A DNA stretch of 64,000 bases from Candidatus Heimdallarchaeota archaeon. GTDB lineage: Archaea; Asgardarchaeota; Heimdallarchaeia; Heimdallarchaeales; Kariarchaeaceae. Location: contig WAKA01000095.1 in assembly GCA_015523565.1 (NCBI GenBank), forward strand, positions 18,383 through 82,382, read 5' to 3'. The notes below the pieces were generated by a model. That model did not search any database and was not told the DNA's origin. It saw only the letters and a list, made by a program, of their open reading frames with translations. How positions within the stretch are numbered: position 1 is the stretch's first letter; each line of letters opens with the position of its first letter. Of the stretch, positions 35,072 to 43,946 are shown piece by piece. The position numbers and the translations under genes are program-made.

Positions 35072-35989
35072 GTGAACAAAATAGCTTTAATTGGTTCGAA
35101 GGGCAGCGGTAAAAATACATTCATTAATATTTTTGCAGGTGACAACCGGGTCTTCTCCAACGAAAATCATTTAATGGCAATTTGGACGCTAAATATACAA
35201 AATAATGAATTTTTGATTTATGAAATGGAAAATGAAACCTTGAATCAAAATGTGAGTGTTCTTAACACATGCACTGGTTTCATCATAATTATTGACACTC
35301 CAACGATGGAATTTGACAATGACAAAGAGATCATTTCATTTTTAATCAACAAATATCCTTCACGGTCTTTTCTAATTATCTTGAATAAGATAGACCAAAT
35401 TTTTAACAATCAAATTGATTTGTCTTTTTTTGAGTGGTTAACTAATTTGAAATCAGACAATATCCAAATAATGGAAACAAGTCTTGCCTACAAATTGGAT
35501 GTCCCTAAAATCCAAAAGTGGTTCACCCAACTGAAACCAGTCATAGATGTAAATAATTTGGATTTGGTATTTTATAAACTTGGAAAAAATGGTCCAAAAA
35601 ATATTTGTTTTCAATTTGACAAAATATCTTTTGGGTCAGAAGAAAAAAATATAGAGTTTTTAGAGGAATTCATGATCAATACCTCAATTCAATTGACTCA
35701 AGGCGAGGCGTATTCCAAGGGAATTTTTATTACTCCTGCGGGAAGAGTAAATAGTTTCCGTGCTATAAATATGGTTTGGAGGATGAAAGATCCCAGCCCT
35801 GAGAAAGACGAACGTTTGAATGAAGGATTATTTTTTCTATCGATCTTTCTTCCAAGTGATTCTCCGCTATTTTCAATTCCATATTATGAACTAGATGTAT
35901 ACTTTAGTAAATTATCCTTTGATGAGCAAAAGGGGTCAAAGGAATTTGTTTATTCTTTATTGAACGATTTTTTTTCTCAATTGATTTAA
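35072..35989 (+). CDS. Divergent small-GTPase-like domain (deviant G1/G3) fused to an uncharacterised C-terminal domain
   Basis: G1 reads GSKGSGKNT, with Asn where Ser/Thr is expected. G3 reads IIIDTPTM, with no DxxG Gly and no Gln. G4 (LNKID) and a G5-like ETSLA are intact. The C-terminal roughly 145 aa are similar to the C-terminus of the response regulator at 42553..43506. The start is GTG. Confidence 0.6.
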   Translation: MNKIALIGSKGSGKNTFINIFAGDNRVFSNENHLMAIWTLNIQNNEFLIYEMENETLNQNVSVLNTCTGFIIIIDTPTMEFDNDKEIISFLINKYPSRSFLIILNKIDQIFNNQIDLSFFEWLTNLKSDNIQIMETSLAYKLDVPKIQKWFTQLKPVIDVNNLDLVFYKLGKNGPKNICFQFDKISFGSEEKNIEFLEEFMINTSIQLTQGEAYSKGIFITPAGRVNSFRAINMVWRMKDPSPEKDERLNEGLFFLSIFLPSDSPLFSIPYYELDVYFSKLSFDEQKGSKEFVYSLLNDFFSQLI

Positions 35990-36083
35990 ACCAATGTCAA
36001 TCTCTATTCATTATTTCCATATTTTTCGTAATGGAAAGAAAAAAGGTTTTCAATATTGATGTTTTGTTGATATTTGAAGACAC

Positions 36084-36599
36084 ATGGTCACAGCATACAA
36101 AATACTTGTTATTGGGGATGGTGCAGTAGGAAAGACAAGCATTGCCACAAGATATACCACTGGCGGTTTCAAAGAAAGCCATTTAATGACTGTTGGGGCA
36201 AACTTCATGTTAAAGACATTAAATATAGACGGAAAAAGTGTAAAATTAAGTATTTGGGATACCGCAGGTCAAGAAAAGTTCAGGAAAGTTGTTGAATCGT
36301 ACTATAAAGGGGGAAAGGGAGTTCTCATCTGCTTTGCAATCAATGATCGTCGTTCTTTTGAGGCACTTGATTATTGGTATTCAAGTACACAAAAACAATT
36401 GGGTACCAAAGCAAAATATGTTTTAGTTGGAAACAAAAGTGACCTTGAAGATAGCAGAGTGGTTTCCAGAGAAGAAGCTGAAAAATGGGCTGAAGAACAT
36501 AACATGAAATACTTTGAAACTTCAGCCTTACTGAATAAAAACATCTCAGATGTTTTTGAACATATCACCAAATTAATACTATCAAGCGAGGAAAATTAG
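36084..36599 (+). CDS. Rab/Ras-family small GTPase
   Basis: All G motifs are canonical: G1 GDGAVGKTS, a switch I Thr (MTVG), G3 WDTAGQE, G4 GNKSD and G5 ETSAL. It is 171 aa and has no C-terminal Cys prenylation motif (it ends SSEEN). Confidence 0.9.
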   Translation: MVTAYKILVIGDGAVGKTSIATRYTTGGFKESHLMTVGANFMLKTLNIDGKSVKLSIWDTAGQEKFRKVVESYYKGGKGVLICFAINDRRSFEALDYWYSSTQKQLGTKAKYVLVGNKSDLEDSRVVSREEAEKWAEEHNMKYFETSALLNKNISDVFEHITKLILSSEEN

Positions 36600-36601
36600 A
36601 G

Positions 36602-37894
36602 ATGTCGGTCAATGAGGAAACTTCAACTCAAGAAATTGAAATATCTGTAAATGAGCAGATAGAAAAAACATCAATTAATATTTACACATTTTCACTACTT
36701 GATGAGGAATCTGGCATTCCCATGAATTTTCCTTTAATCTTAGGTGGTGAAAATTTAATTACTGATGAAAATGCAAAACTGAAAGTTGAAGAGGCATTTG
36801 GTCAGTTAAACCTGCAAAGCTTGTTTGGGTTTGAAAGACATATATTCCGTTCAGTTGTGTATAGTACTTTCCACCTTCATAATATCAAAGATACATTGAC
36901 TCCTAATGTCTATATTCAAAAAGCCTTTACAAACAATGTTTATCTCTTCAATTACCTTTCAACTCCATATTCTGATTTGAATATTGAATCTACATTTGAA
37001 GAAATCGATTTTATGAGCAAGGCTTTATCGGGTGTTTTTAGGAGAGCTAGTGCACAAGAGAATTTAGGCGAAATAGATAATGATCAAAAATTTGAAATTT
37101 GCAAGGAAAACGTGGATCATCTTGGTGGTTTCATGCATTATAAAATTTTCACCGAAAGGGAATTTCGTGAACGGAGTTCTTCTGTTAAGAAAACTAGTTT
37201 AATGATTTTAGGATTATTTTTTGAACTAGAGGCTGTTGCTTCTGAATATCAATGTCTCGGCAACTGTGGACTTACTTTTTCAGAAAATGACGTTGCTTTC
37301 GAAGGAAAAGACCCTTTAGATGTTGGATGTCCTAATGGTGATGAAGAAGGTCTTGTATTGGCGCCTCCTGCCCTAAAACTAAAAACGGTACAATATGTTT
37401 TGCCTCCAAACACAAAATCTGTCTTCACTGAATTTTCTGAGGATGACTTGGATACTTCCCTATATCTTGGATATTTCACGGGGATTTTCATGCCTCGAAA
37501 TATCTCTTTGACTGTAAACAGATTGGCACCTTCACATTTTCAAGATTTGGTTTCAATTCCAAGACAGGCATTCTATTCAAACAAAATCAATTTTGAGGAT
37601 TATGTCAAGATTGATTGCAATTACCGTATTGAAAACAATAAAATCATTGTATTTGCAAGCATTTCTGATTCAAGGTATAGTCAAAGCAAACATGAAGAAA
37701 ATCTTGTTTCAAGTCTTTCTTCAGTAACCCTGAATCGTGATATCGTTGAAGGCTTCAAAAAGGGATATTCTCTGGAAAAAATTATAAGAGGAAGCATTCT
37801 CAATGATTGGAAAATGAGCGAGAAAATTAAAGTTGACGAAATAGGAAAGTATCCGACTCTTTTGGATATTCCAATTCAAAAAGGTGACGCATAA
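36602..37894 (+). CDS. Hypothetical protein, possible N-terminal longin/roadblock-like domain; translationally coupled to the small GTPase gene
   Basis: It starts 2 nt after the GTPase stop. The N-terminal pattern is INIYTFSLLDEESGIPMNFPLILG ... NVYLFNYLST ... FEEIDFMSKALSGVF, a beta-beta-alpha-beta-beta-beta-alpha-like order. I recognise no family. Confidence 0.5.
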   Translation: MSVNEETSTQEIEISVNEQIEKTSINIYTFSLLDEESGIPMNFPLILGGENLITDENAKLKVEEAFGQLNLQSLFGFERHIFRSVVYSTFHLHNIKDTLTPNVYIQKAFTNNVYLFNYLSTPYSDLNIESTFEEIDFMSKALSGVFRRASAQENLGEIDNDQKFEICKENVDHLGGFMHYKIFTEREFRERSSSVKKTSLMILGLFFELEAVASEYQCLGNCGLTFSENDVAFEGKDPLDVGCPNGDEEGLVLAPPALKLKTVQYVLPPNTKSVFTEFSEDDLDTSLYLGYFTGIFMPRNISLTVNRLAPSHFQDLVSIPRQAFYSNKINFEDYVKIDCNYRIENNKIIVFASISDSRYSQSKHEENLVSSLSSVTLNRDIVEGFKKGYSLEKIIRGSILNDWKMSEKIKVDEIGKYPTLLDIPIQKGDA

Positions 37895-39282
37895 TGGGTC
37901 TGCTACGAGAAACACAAGAAGCAATTGCAAATGAAATCAATAAGACCTTTAGCTCTTTAGCCGCAAAAATAGACGTATTTCAAATCACACAAGATTCTTA
38001 TGTTGAATCTTTAATTCCTAAACTTCAACCGTTTTTCCCCCATTTGGATGATGTAACATTGAAACAAGTCGCTGCACTTTATGGGATTTGCCTAACGGAT
38101 GAATCATTAAGGGATTATACCCCTCAAGGGTTTGCGGAGGATGTTGCATTTCTTAATGAAATAATCCAGGAAAACGAAAACAAGAGTGAAACAGAGCCAG
38201 GGGCACCTACTGAAGAAGAAATTGACGAAGAAAATGATGATGAGATCAAGTCGAAAGAGGATTTGAAATCAGTTCCTTCTTTGGAGGATCAGGGATATGA
38301 AAATTGGTCTGATCGACTTCAAAAGGCAACAGCAGAACAATCCCCCCTAATTCGGGGATTAACAGCTTATTATCAATCCAACATTGATATTTTTAATTTT
38401 ATTACCGCTTTAACAAATGATATTGTCCTGCATAATGTAAATCAAAGAATTGAATTGGCCATCTCTTCCATTTTAATTCGTGAACACATAATTCCATTAT
38501 TGGATCGATTATATTCATTGTATCTTAATTCTGGAATTGACATAGACTTACGTTTCTTAATAGCACAAATACAATATGCTCTGGAAACATATCTTGACAA
38601 TTCCGTTGAGTTTAAAAATTTCAAGAAAAGGTTTGATGAACTAAAGCAGGTTTATCCTCTTGGGAAAGGTGCTGACTTATATTGGGACATGTCTAAGCTT
38701 CTTGTTTACGATAAATATTATGAACCTTTGAAAAAGATGCTTGAACCAATTATAAATGATCAAATTCGTGAAAGGGAAGAATCTGCCAAGGCAATCAAGA
38801 ATATTTTGGACGCACCGAAACCCCGTCAGGGGAGCACTGAATCAATTCGGTCACAAGTGGATAGCCTGATTTTTGAGAGTGTTCGATTTGGTCGTCCTTT
38901 CCAAGGGGAGCAAAGAATTAAGGCACAGAGACTTATTGCCACAGTTCTTAAACGTATGGCTCTCGAAGAATTTGGGAAACAGGATATCCCACACATGGAA
39001 AAGTACAAAGAATATTTCATGAAAGAATTCTTTGAACCTATAATGAAGGAATATCCGCAGTTTCTACTTCCGTTTATTGATTTTCGTCTATATCGTGATT
39101 TTGCAGAAGACCCTCTTGCACATTTCGAAAAAAACAAGGATTATATCCTAAACCAATTTTGGTTCAAAATGCGAAAAATGGGATATGTTCCACGTGGCAC
39201 CCCGAATCAAATTGCAGCGGCATTTGCAGGATTGTTGCAGGACGTTCTTAATGATCCAAGGGTCAAATCATTTGATGCGTAG
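37894..39282 (+). CDS. Hypothetical all-alpha protein with an acidic insert (462 aa)
   Basis: Its start overlaps the upstream stop (TAATG). It has helical composition and an E/D-rich segment (EEEIDEENDDE). I recognise no family. Confidence 0.5.
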   Translation: MGLLRETQEAIANEINKTFSSLAAKIDVFQITQDSYVESLIPKLQPFFPHLDDVTLKQVAALYGICLTDESLRDYTPQGFAEDVAFLNEIIQENENKSETEPGAPTEEEIDEENDDEIKSKEDLKSVPSLEDQGYENWSDRLQKATAEQSPLIRGLTAYYQSNIDIFNFITALTNDIVLHNVNQRIELAISSILIREHIIPLLDRLYSLYLNSGIDIDLRFLIAQIQYALETYLDNSVEFKNFKKRFDELKQVYPLGKGADLYWDMSKLLVYDKYYEPLKKMLEPIINDQIREREESAKAIKNILDAPKPRQGSTESIRSQVDSLIFESVRFGRPFQGEQRIKAQRLIATVLKRMALEEFGKQDIPHMEKYKEYFMKEFFEPIMKEYPQFLLPFIDFRLYRDFAEDPLAHFEKNKDYILNQFWFKMRKMGYVPRGTPNQIAAAFAGLLQDVLNDPRVKSFDA

Positions 39283-39356
39283 TTTTATTGTCAATTTCCT
39301 CATAAAATGTAAACTGAAAAGGAATTCTTAATTTATGACCTTTCTATTCAAATAAT

Positions 39357-41270
39357 GTGGTTATTGAAAATTATGTAACAATACTCCGGGGAAATGAAAA
39401 ACAAATAAATTTTGAAGACCCTGGGAGTTATTCCGTAATTTCTAAAAATCCTGAATTTGGTGAATCTGTTATATCTACATTGAAAAATATTTTTGGAACC
39501 TCGATTATATCATTGGAAAGTTTTCAAAAAATCAATATTGAAAGTTATGATGATTACTTGGGTCCTGTTTTTTTTGATCCATATTATTTTGTGTTTATAG
39601 GGCAGTTTTCTTCATTGACAATAATCGCAATTAATAAAAATTATCCATATAATGCCGATTGGATTTTGCAATCTGTAGAATTGCATTTGAATCATAACCG
39701 CCCAATTTCTTTCAATAGTCTTCAAGAAATGCGTTATGAATTTCTTGATATTTGTACTTCTCCAATTTATGACGATACTACAGATAGTTATAATGATTTG
39801 TTTGCGACATTTCCTCCCAGTAATTTTCTCAATTCAATTATTGGTGAATCAAAAATCACCAACAATATTTTAAGTGACACAATTGATGTAACCAATGCAA
39901 TAGAGATAATTGAATTTTTCCTTTCACAAATTTATCGATCTGACAACAATCATGGACATATCAAAAATTGGCTAGAGAAAATCCATCAGGTATTTCAAGA
40001 ACATTTACTTCCCAATTTGACTCAAAACCCAGAAATAATGTTAATTCTTCTTAATTTTTATGATGCACTTATATTGTTTTCTCCACCGCTGATTTCCCTC
40101 CCTATGATTATTTCTTTCTTGAAAAAGGTACTGAGTTTGGAAGAAATTCAAAAACATCCTTCAGTTCAATATGTGTTAACACTCCAAAAGGCTTTCTTAA
40201 CTAGGGATTCATTACCTCCCTTTGAAATTCATAAAAGATCAATCCCTGAAAGTTATAAACTTATCCCCTATTTTCTTGAAGTACTCAAGAAAGAAAACAT
40301 ATCACAAGAAAACTTCAATAAGATTCAACAATCCATTTCCCCAGAAATATTTTACCGTGGTTATTTTCAGTTAATGCAATACATTGGTGATGAATTGTTT
40401 CGTCAATGCAGATATTCTGTTGCTGAAATCTACTATTCTGAATTAAGGCAAAAGATCCTGGTAAAAGAATCAAATTTTCCCCTTAAGCGAATTATTGATT
40501 CAAAGATTTTTTTCTCGAAACAGGGGATTTTTAATCTATATGTGAAAACTTCAATCCTTCATTACAATATTCATCAATTTGATAAGGCAATGGATTTTGC
40601 TTGGTCTGCAATCAGGATAGGATTAAAGACCATTCAATTTGCAATAGAAAACTCTGTGTCTCCAAGCACCCTGATAGATTCACTTTTCAACAATTTTCTT
40701 CAAATAAAAGAGTCTTTATTGGCAGAGGAAAGGGAAATGAATCCTGTTATTGAGTTAAAACTTGATGAACTCTATACAGACCTTATGGAAATAAAAAATT
40801 TGGATGAATTGCTCGAAAAGATTAATGTTCACCAAGAATCCTTTGCATTCTTAATGCCACAAACTCCCCCAAAATTTTTGTTCCTTACACCAGATGGAAG
40901 ATTGTTATATTCTGTAACTGCCAATTATGACCTTGAAAACAGCGAAGAGGAAACTGAATCACATTTAATGGCTGGTGTATTGACTGCAATACGCACTATT
41001 TTCTTGGAGGCTTCATTTTCAGGAAGTGGAAATGTAAAAGAGATCGATGCAGGTGATACAACCCTATACATTGAAGCAAGAGATTCTGTAGTTGTAGTCG
41101 TCTCATCAGTCAATCTTGATCAAGAACTGAAAAATTTTGCAAATTGGATAGCCAATGAGATTCAGCTCAATTACAGTGAGATCATTGACAATTGGGATGG
41201 GCGAATGCTCTCATTGGAACCCATTGTCAAGTTCATTATTCAAAGCATTAAAGAAAAATTATTGGACTAG
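39357..41270 (+). CDS. Hypothetical large protein (637 aa): TPR-like helical middle and a roadblock/longin-like C-terminal domain
   Basis: The C-terminus reads FLFLTPDGRLLYSV....SHLMAGVLTAIRTIFLEASFSG.GNVKEIDAGDTTLYIEARDSVVVVVSS. This has the roadblock-like order strand-strand-helix-strand-strand-strand. The start is GTG. Confidence 0.5.
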   Translation: MVIENYVTILRGNEKQINFEDPGSYSVISKNPEFGESVISTLKNIFGTSIISLESFQKINIESYDDYLGPVFFDPYYFVFIGQFSSLTIIAINKNYPYNADWILQSVELHLNHNRPISFNSLQEMRYEFLDICTSPIYDDTTDSYNDLFATFPPSNFLNSIIGESKITNNILSDTIDVTNAIEIIEFFLSQIYRSDNNHGHIKNWLEKIHQVFQEHLLPNLTQNPEIMLILLNFYDALILFSPPLISLPMIISFLKKVLSLEEIQKHPSVQYVLTLQKAFLTRDSLPPFEIHKRSIPESYKLIPYFLEVLKKENISQENFNKIQQSISPEIFYRGYFQLMQYIGDELFRQCRYSVAEIYYSELRQKILVKESNFPLKRIIDSKIFFSKQGIFNLYVKTSILHYNIHQFDKAMDFAWSAIRIGLKTIQFAIENSVSPSTLIDSLFNNFLQIKESLLAEEREMNPVIELKLDELYTDLMEIKNLDELLEKINVHQESFAFLMPQTPPKFLFLTPDGRLLYSVTANYDLENSEEETESHLMAGVLTAIRTIFLEASFSGSGNVKEIDAGDTTLYIEARDSVVVVVSSVNLDQELKNFANWIANEIQLNYSEIIDNWDGRMLSLEPIVKFIIQSIKEKLLD

Positions 41271-42044
41271 TTAGATCACAAAAATCTCATGAATTTCTTG
41301 CAAGGCAGTTAAATTCCTAATTTTTATCCCTCCTCCTATTTTCATCCGCAAATTTGGTGTAGATACCAATAATTTTGGACCCATGTTCTCCAAATTGACC
41401 TTGATTTCTTGTCTGATTTGCAAGCCTCTCAGTCCCTTTTTTACATCTTCCCCAACAAATTCAATATAATCAAGCCCTGAAAATCCCGCAATTTCATGCT
41501 TTGTAGCTATTCTTAAACTATTTATTTGTTCATATTTGGAAAATGCTTTTGAATTTTCAAGTGCACGAATTCTATATTTTTTTACTCCCGCATTTTCAAA
41601 AATTTTTTGGGTTCCCTTGTTTCTTAAACTTTCCAGAATTATTCCATGTTTTGGGAAAAAGAACACCACGTCCCAAAAATCCCAATTCATTTTTAACTTG
41701 TCTTTGATTGCACTTCCCTTTTTAAAATCAGTAAGGCAGACAATTCTTGGTTTTTGAAGTAAAACAGTTTTGGTTCCTAAAATTTGTACCTTGACTTTTT
41801 CAATTAGATCTGCTGCATTTCCTTCCTCTTTGAAAGACATTAAATTGAATTCGTCACAAAAAAGCCGATGGAACAGGAAAAGCTTCCAAATTCGATTGGA
41901 TATGCCTCTTTCTTTTATATTTTCATTTATTGCTTCGTTAAACTCTCTTGCTTCTCTATTGATATCTAATGATTCAAATATCTCTGTTGGCACACATTTC
42001 TGAGCTATATTGATGACTTTCCAATAAAGGGATTGTTGTTTCAT
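41271..42044 (-). CDS. Hypothetical protein (257 aa)
   Basis: It is a long ORF abutting the stop of the convergent gene. I recognise no motif. Confidence 0.4.
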   Translation of the reverse strand: MKQQSLYWKVINIAQKCVPTEIFESLDINREAREFNEAINENIKERGISNRIWKLFLFHRLFCDEFNLMSFKEEGNAADLIEKVKVQILGTKTVLLQKPRIVCLTDFKKGSAIKDKLKMNWDFWDVVFFFPKHGIILESLRNKGTQKIFENAGVKKYRIRALENSKAFSKYEQINSLRIATKHEIAGFSGLDYIEFVGEDVKKGLRGLQIRQEIKVNLENMGPKLLVSTPNLRMKIGGGIKIRNLTALQEIHEIFVI

Positions 42045-42054
42045 TTATTCATCA

Positions 42055-42468
42055 CTATTTAAAAATAAACATGTCCTCCTCAATTACTCCATTTACCTTC
42101 CCTGAAGAAATATATTTCTTCAATATTTTGAGAAGATTTTCCTTTGCCACACCAACTTCTGTTGCAAATTCCCCAATGTTGAAATTTTCTGAACTTTTGA
42201 GTTTATCTTCAACCAATTGTTTTTTGGATTTCCCTTGAAAATCTCCTTTTGTTTTTCCCATGGATCCTGTTATGTTTTTTCCACATTTCGGACAGTCCCA
42301 TGTAGCCATGATTGTAATGGTTACATTACCGTCCTTATCAGGCATGGGGGACACCAAGGTCCATTGCTTTTTTGTTGGAACATCGGCAGGCATAAAGGTA
42401 TGTCCACATTTTTTGCATTTGACTGGTTTGACTTTAGGTTTTGTACTTGTCTTTGTTCTTTTACCCAT
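42055..42468 (-). CDS. Basic zinc-ribbon protein with a possible C-terminal winged-helix-like region
   Basis: Two Cys pairs, CKKCGH ... CPKCGK, form a Zn ribbon. The N-terminus is Lys-rich. The C-terminus (IGEFATEVGVAKENLLKILKKYISSGKV) is HTH-like. Confidence 0.45.
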   Translation of the reverse strand: MGKRTKTSTKPKVKPVKCKKCGHTFMPADVPTKKQWTLVSPMPDKDGNVTITIMATWDCPKCGKNITGSMGKTKGDFQGKSKKQLVEDKLKSSENFNIGEFATEVGVAKENLLKILKKYISSGKVNGVIEEDMFIFK

Positions 42469-42552
42469 AACTTCACTACCACCTAAACCGTTGAAAAGAT
42501 TTCTGACTAATTTAAAGAATTATGAACAAACATGATCAAAAGTAAGAACTTC

Positions 42553-43506
42553 TCACTTATTGAATTTGCTTTTCAAAAGCAGTTTCTTCTTTACTTCCTT
42601 AATAATTTCATCCAATAGGCTCTTCTTGACTTGAACCCAATCTACTGATTTCAATTCGTTCGGCATTTGTGACATGACTTGGTAAAACATTTTTTCTAAT
42701 GTGAGAATTTCTGGCAATAACGGCATGTGCTCCTTTTCTATAAAAAACACAATTTGAAAATATCCATTTTTCAATCTCGGATCTTCTGCCTCTTTATCCA
42801 TTAACCTAAAACTGAAAACAAGTAGAATAAAATTCTGAAAAAGACCTGATTGGTAAATGGCAAGACCTTCACTATACTCCTCTCCTTGACCTGCTGAAAA
42901 TAAAGTGTACATACCGAGTTCAAGAAGTGCATCATCCAATTTGTCTTCAGTCAGAAGATCAAGCTTGTCAAAATCTTTGGTTAGAAGTTTGGGACCAATT
43001 GTGTCCATCTTAAAGACTGCCATGGGAAATTTATCTTCTCTAAACGCCCTTTTGATCAACTCTGAATTTGCTTTTATCAGTTCAATGACATGAAGGGCTG
43101 ATGAAGTGGTTTTAATGAGATCTCCCTCTAAGTTCTCTCCCTTTAAAATATATGAGACTCCCTTTTCTACACACTCCAATACCATCCTAATGTCGTCTTG
43201 CCCTGAAAGCATAATTATGTACATCTCTGGATATTTCGACTGTAAATAATCGATTGTATCGATGGTTGTCTCCCCATGCAAATAGATGTCCAAAAACAAA
43301 ATGTCTGGCTTAAACTTCTCAATTCCATCATAAATGTCTTTTTTTCGGGTTATGTTCATGATCTCAAATTTATTTGGATAATGTTTTTCAAGGAACATTG
43401 CCAAAAGATAATAGTCCATGTCATTATCCTCTACACTTATGACTCGAAATTTCTCATCCTGTTGAAATTTTTCAAACTGATCTTTTGAGATAGGTTTGAA
43501 TTCCAT
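42553..43506 (-). CDS. Response regulator: receiver domain plus an uncharacterised C-terminal output domain
   Basis: REC motifs are the acidic pair VISVEDND, the phospho-acceptor PDILFLDIYL, IIMLSGQ and YILKG. The C-terminal roughly 165 aa resemble the C-terminus of the GTPase-like fusion at 35072..35989. Confidence 0.8.
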   Translation of the reverse strand: MEFKPISKDQFEKFQQDEKFRVISVEDNDMDYYLLAMFLEKHYPNKFEIMNITRKKDIYDGIEKFKPDILFLDIYLHGETTIDTIDYLQSKYPEMYIIMLSGQDDIRMVLECVEKGVSYILKGENLEGDLIKTTSSALHVIELIKANSELIKRAFREDKFPMAVFKMDTIGPKLLTKDFDKLDLLTEDKLDDALLELGMYTLFSAGQGEEYSEGLAIYQSGLFQNFILLVFSFRLMDKEAEDPRLKNGYFQIVFFIEKEHMPLLPEILTLEKMFYQVMSQMPNELKSVDWVQVKKSLLDEIIKEVKKKLLLKSKFNK

Positions 43507-43559
43507 TATTATTATCTTCCATTGATTTTATCCCATAAAAAAGCTCCTATTTCAGATTA

Positions 43560-43889
43560 TCAGATAGAGGAAAGCTCTTCTACCAAATATACTAATTCAT
43601 CAAGTAATACCTTCTCTTCTTCTGTAACCTTTCCATCACTTTCTGCTATTTTCTCACACTTTTTTACGATTTCAGTTTCCATTTTCTTCAATTGTTCTTT
43701 GTCAACCATGCCTGTGTTCAATGAAGATATTATCACATTCAAATAATTATGCAACGCCTCGTTAATTGAACTTAATATTGCTTTTTCTTCATTTGTAACA
43801 ACCTCATCTGCCATGGCCAAATCAATCAGTTTTTCCATAATCCTAGACGCTGATTGAACCTTTTCCATTACGTATCCTTGGTCAACCAT
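43560..43889 (-). CDS. Small helical protein, tentatively TerB-like
   Basis: It has two repeats of an acidic helix motif: ADEVVTNEEKAILSSI and SDGKVTEEEKVLLDEL. These resemble TerB/DjlA-N type domains, but the assignment is weak. Confidence 0.35.
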   Translation of the reverse strand: MVDQGYVMEKVQSASRIMEKLIDLAMADEVVTNEEKAILSSINEALHNYLNVIISSLNTGMVDKEQLKKMETEIVKKCEKIAESDGKVTEEEKVLLDELVYLVEELSSI

Positions 43890-43946
43890 CCATTTTTTTT
43901 TATTCTGCTAATTTATTAATCTCTTTATGTGATGGTGAATAAATCC

